This document shows positions 37,567 to 46,628 of a DNA stretch of 64,000 nt, piece by piece. Position numbers and translations under genes: made by a program. The first letter of the stretch is position 1. Every line of letters begins with the position of its first letter. The notes beneath the pieces were generated by a model. It worked only from the letters and a program-made list of their open reading frames with translations, had not been told where the DNA came from and did no database searches. The stretch comes from a virus (Duplodnaviria > Caudoviricetes), in IMG/VR virus record IMGVR_UViG_3300039109_000042, positions 1,497 to 65,496 of that record; one strand, 5' to 3'.

Positions 37567-37916
37567 TGCCCCCTGTACATAACATCTACGGTGATCAACC
37601 GTATGAGTACGAGGTTGATCTCGAGAAGCGGAGAGGAACCGATGGTGCTCTTATCCCGGCCACAGGTCTGCTGGACGTCTACATGACGGTCGCTGCTGCA
37701 CCTGGTGGTGCTGAGATCAACCCTGCGCTTACTGTGGCTATGGCTGAGCGGTCGGCTATGCCTGGGCGATACTACGGGACCATCCCTACTGTAGCGGTCA
37801 ATACCTGGCTCAAGGGCACGTACAACCGAAAGAAAGTGCAAGTTGTGGCCTATAACACCGCGGCTGACGTGCGGGTGGAGAGTGAGGTGACAATGCTCGA
37901 CGTTAGGGCTATATAG
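37566..37916 (+). CDS. Ig-like small virion protein
   Basis: GGAGG SD; TAGTG coupling. Confidence 0.6.
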   Translation: MPPVHNIYGDQPYEYEVDLEKRRGTDGALIPATGLLDVYMTVAAAPGGAEINPALTVAMAERSAMPGRYYGTIPTVAVNTWLKGTYNRKKVQVVAYNTAADVRVESEVTMLDVRAI

Positions 37917-38054
37917 CTCAAGCTAACGCACGTTGTGTGCCTCTTTCATCCCAAAGCACATGTTTCTGTCACTGGGATGCTCACGTGATACATCCTTCAA
38001 AGGATCTAGCCCCGCTTACCCAGAACGCGAGCCAGAAGCACGCCTAGAGCCAAA

Positions 38055-38268
38055 GTGTCAAGTGTCACGTACGTAGAGCTTAAATATGTGTGGTTCTGCA
38101 TAGAGAATGGATGGCCGGGCGGCATCAAGAGAAGGGACTCGACGCGTCGATTCCGGGTGTCAAGTGTCGTGACATAATTGATAGATGAAAAATAAGAGAT
38201 AACCTCGCCCGCCCCCCCTAACTCGCTCGTGTACGCGTAACGCTATACGCAGAAAAATTCCGGGTGTC
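38055..38268 (-). repeat. right copy of multi-block inverted repeat
   Basis: Reverse-complement blocks match 7845-8127. Confidence 0.85.
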
Positions 38269-38318
38269 TTCTCCGGCTCCCGCTGAGACTCACCTTGGTA
38301 TCTTTGGTTAGTCGGCGG

Positions 38319-38348
38319 TGTACGTGGATCAGCCGAAGATGTTATAGT
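38319..38348 (+). promoter_or_regulatory. promoter of replication arm
   Basis: TGTACG-N18-TATAGT with TG extension. Confidence 0.65.
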
Positions 38349-38393
38349 CTGTGCATAGCGAAAACCCACAAAACCAGCACGCCAGGAGACACA

Positions 38394-38669
38394 GTGCCAG
38401 ACCCAATCAACATGGGTAAGCCAAATCCCAGGTGGGACAGCCCGAATGCCACACCTTGGTTTCACTCGTTGCCAGACAGATCACCCTACCTCTACTACAG
38501 GACGCCCGAAGGCAGGCGGCTCTGCTTTCCCGAGGCTGAGGTGCGTCACATCATGCTGGAGCGGGTTGGTGAGGCAAGACAGATCATCCTGACCGCAGAG
38601 AGCGGGTGCAGGTTCAGTGTGACAAGCATGAAGCCAGAGGTCCAGTCAAGCCTTGCTAATCAGGCTTGA
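38394..38669 (+). CDS. hypothetical protein
   Basis: GTG start after AGGAG. Confidence 0.5.
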   Translation: MPDPINMGKPNPRWDSPNATPWFHSLPDRSPYLYYRTPEGRRLCFPEAEVRHIMLERVGEARQIILTAESGCRFSVTSMKPEVQSSLANQA

Positions 38670-40608
38670 CGTAGTCGCGCAGGAGCTTGTCCTCAAGGAC
38701 GAGTCCCGACAACATCTAGCTGCCCTGCGCCTGCTGCCTGGTAGAAGATGGGTAGGCACAGAGGCCAGCTGGCGTATGCCCTACGTCAAGGAGTGCTGGG
38801 AAGCCATCGTGGCGCATGGTTGGCCTACTGGAGGGATCACACCTCCAGACAGGTGTGGCTACACGATCACACAGCCTGCTGGCAAGTCCTTCATCGAGAT
38901 CAGGACCCTGCAGACCCCACAGGACGTGGACAGGTGCAAGCGGATCCCTGAGTATCGCACCTTCAGCTCTGTTGACAGGTGCTGGACATGCAAACCTACC
39001 AAGACCAATGTTGACTACCTGATCAAGGCCTTTCCGCAGGCAGCTTGGTTAGGTTCTGCTTTTGGCCTGAAGCAGGAGGCTGTGGCGATAAGCATGCAGG
39101 CGCCAAAGGACATGGCTAGCCAGATCATGGCCACGTACGATAAGACCATCACAGTGATCGATGACTACGCCTTCCGGACATCGCCATATCCGCACCAGCT
39201 TGAGGCGTTCGGGATCAGCCGACACCTCGTGGAGTTTGCCTACTTCATGGAGCAGGGCACAGGCAAGACCTGGGTGGCGATCAACAACGCCTGCTACCTG
39301 TTCCTGCAGAAGAAGATCGACGGCCTCCTGGTAATCTGCCCCAACGCCATGAAGGACGTCTGGGATGAGCAGCTCCAGGAGCACGCCACCGAGTCCATTG
39401 ACCTCGACATCTTCGTCTGGGAGGCTCGTACCAGGCACAAGGCAGAGGCCTGGATCCTTAGGCAGCAGAACGGCGTCCAGCCCCTCAGGGTCCTGATCAT
39501 GAACACCGAGGCGTTCTCCGGTGAAATTGGAGCCAGGGTCGGGTCCCTCTTTGTCGCCAGGCACGGAACATACGCGGTTGTCGATGAGTCGACCAAGATC
39601 AAGAGCAACTCAGCGAAGCGTACCAAGACTATCACGAAGATCGGGAAGGGTGCCTATTATCGTCGGATCATGTCAGGCGCGCCGGTTGTTCAGAGCCCGC
39701 TCGACATCTACAGCCAGGCCAGGTTCCTGAACATCGCCTGGCTTGGTCACAGCAGCTACTGGAGCTTCAGGAACAGGTACGCGATCATGGGTGGGTTTAA
39801 CATGCGCCAAGTGGTCGGGTACGCTCACCTTGACGAGCTGCAGGCTCTTATAGCCAAGTTCAGCTATCGGAAGCTTAAGTCAGAGTGCCTGAACCTACCT
39901 GAGAAGATCTACGAGAAGCGGCTCTTTGACCTTGAGCCAGATCAGCAGCAGCTGTACGATGACATGAAGAATGACATGCAGGCCGAGCTTCAAGGCCAGA
40001 AGTACTCGGTCACCATCGCCTTGCAGAAGATCACCGCCCTGTCCAGGATCTGTGGCGGCTTCTTTCCATATGACGGTGAGGATGAGGATGGTTTGCCTAT
40101 GCGGATGCTCACCGAGATCCCTGGGACCAACCCAAAGCTAGTGGCCCTGTATGACCTCATCGAGGACAGTCCTGGTGACAAGTTCATCATCTGGGCCAAG
40201 TTCACGGCTGAGATCGAGATGATCGGGGAAGCGTTGGCAGAAACCTTTGGCCAGGATCAGGTGGTGCTCTTCTATGGAAAGACAACCAAGGCTGAACGAA
40301 AGGCCAATAGACTCGCTTTTCAGAACAACCCTGAACGAGCCAGATTTTTTGTTGGACAAGCTAAGGCAGGAGGCATGGGGCTTACCCTTACTGCCAGCCA
40401 TCAGGTCGTTTATTACAGCAACGATTACGACCTTGAGGCAAGGATCCAGTCTGAGGACCGTGCACATCGTATTGGGCAAACAAAGAATGTGGTATATACC
40501 GACCTCGTTGCTAAGGGAACCATCGACCTTCGACTGCTCACATCCTTGCGTAACAAGAAGGGATTGGCCGACCTCGTTACTGGTGACCCAACCTTCAGCT
40601 GGCTATGA
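38653..40608 (+). CDS. SNF2-family helicase/translocase
   Basis: EQGTGKT, VVDES, MSGAP, GGMGLTL, QSEDRAHRIGQ; two HARP-like N-terminal repeats. Confidence 0.93.
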   Translation: MLIRLDVVAQELVLKDESRQHLAALRLLPGRRWVGTEASWRMPYVKECWEAIVAHGWPTGGITPPDRCGYTITQPAGKSFIEIRTLQTPQDVDRCKRIPEYRTFSSVDRCWTCKPTKTNVDYLIKAFPQAAWLGSAFGLKQEAVAISMQAPKDMASQIMATYDKTITVIDDYAFRTSPYPHQLEAFGISRHLVEFAYFMEQGTGKTWVAINNACYLFLQKKIDGLLVICPNAMKDVWDEQLQEHATESIDLDIFVWEARTRHKAEAWILRQQNGVQPLRVLIMNTEAFSGEIGARVGSLFVARHGTYAVVDESTKIKSNSAKRTKTITKIGKGAYYRRIMSGAPVVQSPLDIYSQARFLNIAWLGHSSYWSFRNRYAIMGGFNMRQVVGYAHLDELQALIAKFSYRKLKSECLNLPEKIYEKRLFDLEPDQQQLYDDMKNDMQAELQGQKYSVTIALQKITALSRICGGFFPYDGEDEDGLPMRMLTEIPGTNPKLVALYDLIEDSPGDKFIIWAKFTAEIEMIGEALAETFGQDQVVLFYGKTTKAERKANRLAFQNNPERARFFVGQAKAGGMGLTLTASHQVVYYSNDYDLEARIQSEDRAHRIGQTKNVVYTDLVAKGTIDLRLLTSLRNKKGLADLVTGDPTFSWL

Positions 40609-40790
40609 CCAAACCTTGTGTGATGTGGTCAGTGGGCCCTAGGATCCATGGCGGGAAGGAGGCATGCGGTAAACTTGCCTGGCATGGCGCCTTGGCCCCA
40701 CCCAGCTCAGACATCCCGTACCTGCCTATCTGCAACGACTGCATCAAGAACCTTCAGTGGCCAAAGGAGATGCTTAGGCTGTTAACCTGA
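40605..40790 (+). CDS. small Cys protein
   Basis: ATGA coupling. Confidence 0.45.
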   Translation: MTKPCVMWSVGPRIHGGKEACGKLAWHGALAPPSSDIPYLPICNDCIKNLQWPKEMLRLLT

Positions 40791-40962
40791 TGTTTCCCTT
40801 GGCATGACCAATGAGTTATATTGAACGTCCACGAAGAAGTAGCAACAAGGGGTGACCGTATCCCCTCGCAGTTCTGGGTCATGTCTGCAGATGTGGCTAC
40901 AGGACATAAACTCGGTGACAGGTCGGAGAGACGGCCAGCTTATCTTATAGCGGAGAGTCAAC

Positions 40963-41298
40963 ATGGCAACTCAGATCAACCCTTACAGACCTACTGTCTA
41001 TCTTGTCCAACAGGATAGTCGGAAGAACTTTACTGGTGCGTTGGAGTATGGTTCAGTTGAGCCGTTGCTTGAGGAGCGGGAAGAGCTTGACATGTTCAAT
41101 AGCCGAAAGATTATTGAGAAGCTGCAATATGGCCTACGTGACATGCAGCAAGAAGATTTCCTGATCCCAATGGGCAACCCTGTCTCTATTGGGATCGCAT
41201 TCGCTATCGCTGCCAAGATCACTGGCGGCTGCTTCAACGCCCTTAAGTGGGACGGCCAAGAGATGAGGTACTTTGTGTCCAAGATCGACCTACGTTGA
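40963..41298 (+). CDS. hypothetical protein
   Basis: ATAGCGGAGA leader. Confidence 0.75.
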   Translation: MATQINPYRPTVYLVQQDSRKNFTGALEYGSVEPLLEEREELDMFNSRKIIEKLQYGLRDMQQEDFLIPMGNPVSIGIAFAIAAKITGGCFNALKWDGQEMRYFVSKIDLR

Positions 41299-41319
41299 CC
41301 GTTTACCTATAGAGGAGAG

Positions 41320-41862
41320 ATGAACACCAAGCTGAAGAAGAAAAAGCCAATCCCGTCGCACGATAAGACGGAGGCGATGAACCTGCTTGTGGGTGTGTCC
41401 GAGCAGGAAGATGCCGAGCTTCAGGAGAAGATCAAGGTCCCTGCGACTAACCAGGACCTGATAGCGCTCGCCCAGGAGATGTTGATCAGCAAGCAGGAAA
41501 GCGATCGCCTGGAAGCCGAGGCCAAGCAACATAAGGACCGATATAACCAGCTCAGGACCCGCGACGTCCCAGACAAGATGCGGGAGCTTGGGTTCGTCAG
41601 CAGCTCAGGTAAAGGCAGCTTCACCTTTGATGGTGGCAAGATCCACCTCGAGACGAAGCTGAATGCCAGCTGCGCTTCAGCCAATCAACCCGTCCTGTAC
41701 AAGTGGCTGCGTGGGCACGACGCTGGCGGCTTGATCAAGGACGTAGTTCACCCGTCCACCTTAACCGCGTTCGTCAAGGAGCGGCGCGAGCAAGGGTTGG
41801 AGGATCCGCCGGGCATCTCAGTCTGGGAGGAGACCAAGGCCAAGCTGACCTCAACCAAATGA
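41320..41862 (+). CDS. phage replication-region protein
   Basis: WLRGH..GGLIK..VHPSTLTAFVKE motif; precedes SSB-like gene. Confidence 0.75.
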   Translation: MNTKLKKKKPIPSHDKTEAMNLLVGVSEQEDAELQEKIKVPATNQDLIALAQEMLISKQESDRLEAEAKQHKDRYNQLRTRDVPDKMRELGFVSSSGKGSFTFDGGKIHLETKLNASCASANQPVLYKWLRGHDAGGLIKDVVHPSTLTAFVKERREQGLEDPPGISVWEETKAKLTSTK

Positions 41863-41901
41863 CCTGCAGTTCAACTTCAATACCTATGAGGATGCAATCC
41901 A

Positions 41902-42768
41902 ATGACGACAAGATCAGCGACAAAGACACAGCCAGCTAAGCCTGCTGGTAAGTCTGTAGTGAAGCAGGAGGCGAAGTCAGGCGGGTTGGTCGTCCCGATC
42001 GACAAGGACCTGATGAGCGTGTTTGCTGAGCATGCTGGCGAAGGTGTTGGCAACGCTCAAGCAACCGACTACGCGCTTCCCTTCATCTATCTTCTCCAGA
42101 AGCTGAGCCCAGCGACGGATGAGATCGAGGGTGCGGAAGCCGGGATGTTCCTGAACACCGTCACTCGCAACGTCACCGAGGAGACGACCATCATCCAGGT
42201 CGACTACAACAAGTGCTACAACGAGTGGATCCCGCGTGACGATGGTGGTGGGTTCATCGCGTCGCACAAGTCCCTCGCTGAGGCCGAGCAGAATCGGCAG
42301 CAAGGTCAGAACAAGAAGGGGAACGGGCCTAAGACGCAGATCGTCGAGACGGCCAATCACTACGTCCTGGAGCTTCAGCCGGACGGCACGTGGATGCAGG
42401 CGATCCTGTCCCTCACCAGCACAAAGCTGAAGGCCAGCCGGACGCTGATGAGCCGCATCGCGCAGGTGACGACGGACATTCCAGGCAAGGGTCTGGTGCA
42501 GATGCCCAGCTTCGCCAAGAAGTATCTCGTCAAGCCCACTGGGCCACACGAGAATGAGAAGGGCAAGTTCTACGCTATCGAGATCGTGCCAATCGAGGGC
42601 GAGGAAGGTTGGGTCGCTGATCCAGCCGTCGTGCAGCAGGCGATTGCCTTCGCCAGGTCCTTGAAGGCTGGAGCCAAGGGCGCTGACTTCAACAAGCTCA
42701 ACGACGAGGTTGTCGAGGTCGAGCTTGAGGATGCCGAGGAGAAGGCGTCGGGCAAGAAGAAGTTCTAA
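41902..42768 (+). CDS. ssDNA-binding / annealing-like protein
   Basis: LPFI.LLQ.LSP...G.F.NTVT...EW.PR..GGG; acidic tail ending in Phe. Confidence 0.65.
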   Translation: MTTRSATKTQPAKPAGKSVVKQEAKSGGLVVPIDKDLMSVFAEHAGEGVGNAQATDYALPFIYLLQKLSPATDEIEGAEAGMFLNTVTRNVTEETTIIQVDYNKCYNEWIPRDDGGGFIASHKSLAEAEQNRQQGQNKKGNGPKTQIVETANHYVLELQPDGTWMQAILSLTSTKLKASRTLMSRIAQVTTDIPGKGLVQMPSFAKKYLVKPTGPHENEKGKFYAIEIVPIEGEEGWVADPAVVQQAIAFARSLKAGAKGADFNKLNDEVVEVELEDAEEKASGKKKF

Positions 42769-42851
42769 CCAAGGCAGTCCTGTAGGCCAGTGGAGCCGGA
42801 CGCCATGCCGGTTCCTCTTGGTTGGACTTGTCCACTGGTCCTACAGCTCAC

Positions 42852-42959
42852 GACCGTGAAGTAAAGCCAGGGGTGGTGATCAGACACCCGCCGGAAAGGC
42901 ACCAGAGGTCCGTGAATCATTCCCTCTGGATCTGCAGGTTCGATGCCTGCCCACGGTCA
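42852..42959 (+). ncRNA. tRNA-like RNA upstream of primase
   Basis: GACCGUG/CACGGUC acceptor, GCAGG-UUCGAUG-CCUGC T arm, CCAGAGG/CCUCUGG stem with 14-nt loop, two hairpins in place of the D arm. Confidence 0.65.
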
Positions 42960-42990
42960 TCCAGCTAGTGGTCCAACCAATATCCAGCCC

Positions 42991-44562
42991 ATGGCATCTA
43001 ACGGCAACGGTAATAACACCGACGTGCTGAGGTTTCAACGTCTCTTCAAGGGGCGTGAGACGATGCATGGTAGGTGGCGGAGTGACATAAAAGGCAGGGT
43101 CATCAAGGGACCAGCACCAGAGGAGGCGTGGCGTGAGCACCTCAATGGCGGTGACATGCTTGATGTACGGATTCTTGGTATGGGTCCTACTATGCTTGAC
43201 AATCAGTGCTATTTCGGTGCTATCGATCTTGATGACCGAAACAAGACTGATCATCAGGTCATGGCTGCACTGGTTGAGGCGGAAGGTCTACCGCTAATTA
43301 CCGTTAGGTCCAAGTCTGGCGGCTATCACTTCTTCCTGTTCCTCAAGGACCCAGCTCCGGCAGCGACCGTCAAGAAGCGGCTTCTTGAGTGGGTTAAGCG
43401 GCTTAAGCTCCAGAATCCGCCAGGTAAGACGGGGGTCCGTCCTCCAGTCGAGGTATATCCGAAGCAAGCCGAGCTTAAGGCAGATCAAGATGGCAATTGG
43501 CTCAACCTACCCTATTACGGTGCGTTAGACCCAGTCAGTTACGGGGTCACCTCAGAAGAACCTAAGCTCAGCTTCAAGCGGTTCCTTCAGACGGCCGAAC
43601 GTGCCATGATCACCTCAGGCCAGCTTGAGGCGTGGACCAAGAAGGGTGGAGCTACCGGGTTCTTTGACAAGGGCCCTCCTTGCCTTAACAGCCTTCATGA
43701 CCTTGGGTTTCCAGAAGGCCAACGTAACTCTGGCCTGCAAAATGTTGCCATCTACTTTAAGCAGGCATTTCCAGAGGACTGGGGTGAGCGGTTAAGCGCC
43801 TATAATGAGTCTGGCAAGGTGGACCCACCCCTCAAGGAGCGTGAGCTCAAAGGGATCATCGACTCGGTAGGCAGCCATGAGTACAACTACAACTGTGATG
43901 ATCTACCGATAAAGCCTCACTGCCAGAAGGGTGAGTGTAAGAAGCAGCGATACGGCGTCCTTGGGAAGCGACGCGAGCGTCAGGAGGAGCAGATGCCTGA
44001 CCTTATCAACCTGCGCAAGATCACCACTGACCCACCCATCTGGCTGCTCGACGTTGCCGAGGCTGAGGTCACCATGGGCACGGAAGACCTGATGCTGATC
44101 CCACGCTTCAGGAAGGCGGTCATGGAGCGGTGCAACGTGATCTTTCCGCTTATGCGTCAGGGTGACTGGGACGCGATCCTGATTGAGCTGCTAGCTAACC
44201 TTGTCACCATCGAGGCACCAGAAGATGCCGGGACCTCAGGCCAGTTTAAGATGCTTGTGCGAGAGTTTCTGCAGCGACGCCAGCAAGCCGTCACACGCGA
44301 AGACTTGCTGTCAGGGATGCCCTTTGAGGAAGGACCAAGGACCTTCTTTCGAGCTCAAGACCTACTCGCGTTTCTGCAGCGAAAGCATTTCCGGGAATAT
44401 GACGCTCACCAGGTCTATACGGAGCTACGTCGTCAGTTCGGTGTAGGTAAGGGCAGGTGGAACATCAAGAAGGCGACCGTGCAGTTCTGGTTTGTCGACA
44501 CGCCGCAAGACGACCAGCAGGAGGAGTTCTCACCCTTGGAACAAGAGGCGGTGAAGTTCTAG
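42991..44562 (+). CDS. AEP-type primase (primase-polymerase) with PriCT-like domain
   Basis: FGAIDLD, RSKSGGYH, GNWLNLPY, GPPCL...EGQRN, Cys cluster; start could be 42943. Confidence 0.85.
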   Translation: MASNGNGNNTDVLRFQRLFKGRETMHGRWRSDIKGRVIKGPAPEEAWREHLNGGDMLDVRILGMGPTMLDNQCYFGAIDLDDRNKTDHQVMAALVEAEGLPLITVRSKSGGYHFFLFLKDPAPAATVKKRLLEWVKRLKLQNPPGKTGVRPPVEVYPKQAELKADQDGNWLNLPYYGALDPVSYGVTSEEPKLSFKRFLQTAERAMITSGQLEAWTKKGGATGFFDKGPPCLNSLHDLGFPEGQRNSGLQNVAIYFKQAFPEDWGERLSAYNESGKVDPPLKERELKGIIDSVGSHEYNYNCDDLPIKPHCQKGECKKQRYGVLGKRRERQEEQMPDLINLRKITTDPPIWLLDVAEAEVTMGTEDLMLIPRFRKAVMERCNVIFPLMRQGDWDAILIELLANLVTIEAPEDAGTSGQFKMLVREFLQRRQQAVTREDLLSGMPFEEGPRTFFRAQDLLAFLQRKHFREYDAHQVYTELRRQFGVGKGRWNIKKATVQFWFVDTPQDDQQEEFSPLEQEAVKF

Positions 44563-44849
44563 TGGCAGTCTACGTCGATGACATGAAGGCGGAGTTTGGT
44601 CGAATGATCATGTGCCACATGGTCGCTGATACCCATGATGAGCTGGTGGAGATGGCTGACAAGCTCAACCTGAACCGTAAGTGGCTCCAGAAGCCAGGCA
44701 CAGCTGGGGAGCACTTCGACGTGTCCTTAGGCTACAGGGCCAAGGCCGTGAAGCTAGGGGCCAAGGAGATCACCTGGACAGAGTGCGGCGAGATGTGCTG
44801 GAATCGTCGTGGTGAGGCAGGTAAGCTGGCGTACTATGGACATCGTTAA
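44562..44849 (+). CDS. DUF4031 family protein
   Basis: VYVDD...MCHMVADT.DEL..MA..L...W.Q...HFDV...R..AV..GA. Confidence 0.85.
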   Translation: MAVYVDDMKAEFGRMIMCHMVADTHDELVEMADKLNLNRKWLQKPGTAGEHFDVSLGYRAKAVKLGAKEITWTECGEMCWNRRGEAGKLAYYGHR

Positions 44850-46326
44850 GTTCTTTGGCCCGCCTGGCACGGGCAAGACCACGACCCTGCTGAACGTCAT
44901 GGCCGAGGAGCTGAAGCGGACGGATCCTGACAGGATCGCCTTCCTTACCTTCACCGTCCATGCCCGCAAGGTGGCCATCGAGAAGGCCCTGGAGCGGTTT
45001 CCCAACCTGACCAAGGACGACCTCAAGTACTTCAAGACCCTGCACGCCATCTGCTACCATGAGCTGAACATGACCATGGGCGGTATGGTGAAAGGTCCCA
45101 ACGACATGAAGGAGCTGGCTGAGAAGCTCGGCCTGCTATTTACCTACAAGGTCAAGCACGGTGGTGCTGAGGCCATGATGGAGATCCCGTATGGTGGAGA
45201 GATGGGCGACCGACTGTTGCAGATTGATCACGTTAGACGCCACCGAATGCAAGCTCTTGACGATGGTTGGCGCTGCCAGTTCGATGACGATCTTAACATG
45301 TTCCAGGTCAGGAGGTTTGTTAGCGAGTATGGTGCTTGGAAACACCGAGAGGGGCTTCGCGACTTCACCGATCTACTGGAACAAGCGACCGAGCCTTTGG
45401 ATGTGGACGTGGTCATTGTTGATGAGGCGCAGGATCTGTCGGTTCTCCAGTGGACCACTCTTCACCGACTTACGCGCAATGCAGCAAGAATGTACATCGC
45501 AGGTGATGATGACCAAGCGATCTTTACCTGGGCCGGAGCTGACCCGCTTGCTCTCATCAACCACCCAGGCAGAGCTGTGGTCCTTGACCAATCGTATCGT
45601 GTCCCGATGGCAATCCAGCCTATCGCTACAAGACTGGTGGAAAGGATCAAGGTACGACAGCCAAAGGTCTGGAAGCCGCGCCCTTCACAAGGTCGACTGA
45701 GGTACGCTGGCGAGACGCAGCTGCCATCGTTCGACGAGGAAGGCAGCTACATGATCCTGTACCGACAACACTACCTCGTCAAGGAGATGGAGAAGCATGT
45801 TAGATCCCTTGGTGTCTCGTACAGCCGTGGAGATATCCCGGCTCCTGGGGCTGAGTGGGGCAAGTCAATCATCACCTGGGAAAGCCTTCGTAAAGGCAAG
45901 ACCGAACCAGAACGAGCCGTTCACTTCATGCTCGACGCCCTTGCCCTGGACGATAGCCAGCGTAAGCGCTTGGGCCGCCTGGACCGAAATAGATCTTACG
46001 GCTTAGCTGACCTCGGGCTGGACGATGATAGGCCTTGGTTTGAGGCGTTTGAGAAGGTATCGCTCGACGATCGCCAGTACCTGAGGTCCCTGATCAGGCG
46101 GCATGGGGCGAAGGGGATTACCGATAAGCCTAAGGTCCACCTGTCCACGATCCATGCAGCAAAGGGGGCTGAGCGAGATCATGTCGTGATGCTTACCGAG
46201 ACCTCTGATCGCGTCAGGGACATCATGATGACTGATCCTGATGACGAGCGGCGGGTGTTCTACGTGGGAGTAACCAGGGCCAGAGAGTCATTGACCCTCA
46301 TCGGGTTAGATAACCCGCTCTTGTGA
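44836..46326 (+). CDS. UvrD/Rep-like SF1 helicase
   Basis: GPPGTGKT, VDEAQD, GDDDQAIF, QSYR, STIHAAKGAE, YVGVTRA. Confidence 0.95.
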   Translation: MDIVKFFGPPGTGKTTTLLNVMAEELKRTDPDRIAFLTFTVHARKVAIEKALERFPNLTKDDLKYFKTLHAICYHELNMTMGGMVKGPNDMKELAEKLGLLFTYKVKHGGAEAMMEIPYGGEMGDRLLQIDHVRRHRMQALDDGWRCQFDDDLNMFQVRRFVSEYGAWKHREGLRDFTDLLEQATEPLDVDVVIVDEAQDLSVLQWTTLHRLTRNAARMYIAGDDDQAIFTWAGADPLALINHPGRAVVLDQSYRVPMAIQPIATRLVERIKVRQPKVWKPRPSQGRLRYAGETQLPSFDEEGSYMILYRQHYLVKEMEKHVRSLGVSYSRGDIPAPGAEWGKSIITWESLRKGKTEPERAVHFMLDALALDDSQRKRLGRLDRNRSYGLADLGLDDDRPWFEAFEKVSLDDRQYLRSLIRRHGAKGITDKPKVHLSTIHAAKGAERDHVVMLTETSDRVRDIMMTDPDDERRVFYVGVTRARESLTLIGLDNPLL

Positions 46327-46336
46327 ACTGTTGGTA

Positions 46337-46366
46337 TGTACTTAGGTGTGTTGGCTGTGTTACTAT
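46337..46366 (+). promoter_or_regulatory. phage promoter motif
   Basis: GGTA-TGTACT-N18-TACTAT. Confidence 0.65.
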
Positions 46367-46394
46367 TAACCATCAACATGATAGAGGATAGCAG

Positions 46395-46628
46395 ATGAAG
46401 GAGTTTCGGATCAAGATCAATATCAAGCTCCAGGCAGAGGACATGGGCGATGCTTTTGGTGAGCTTGCTACCCTCGCCACCAATCGAGCGAATATGATTG
46501 GTGCTGATGAGGACTTCACGCCGGACCCTGAGCCGGTGTTTACTGGTGAGATTGACATTCATCCCACCGAGCAAGAAAACCCGCTAACTGGCGAGGTTTT
46601 CACCAACCAGCGAGGTATCCTATCGTGA
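46395..46628 (+). CDS. small acidic hypothetical protein
   Basis: ATAGAGGA leader. Confidence 0.6.
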   Translation: MKEFRIKINIKLQAEDMGDAFGELATLATNRANMIGADEDFTPDPEPVFTGEIDIHPTEQENPLTGEVFTNQRGILS

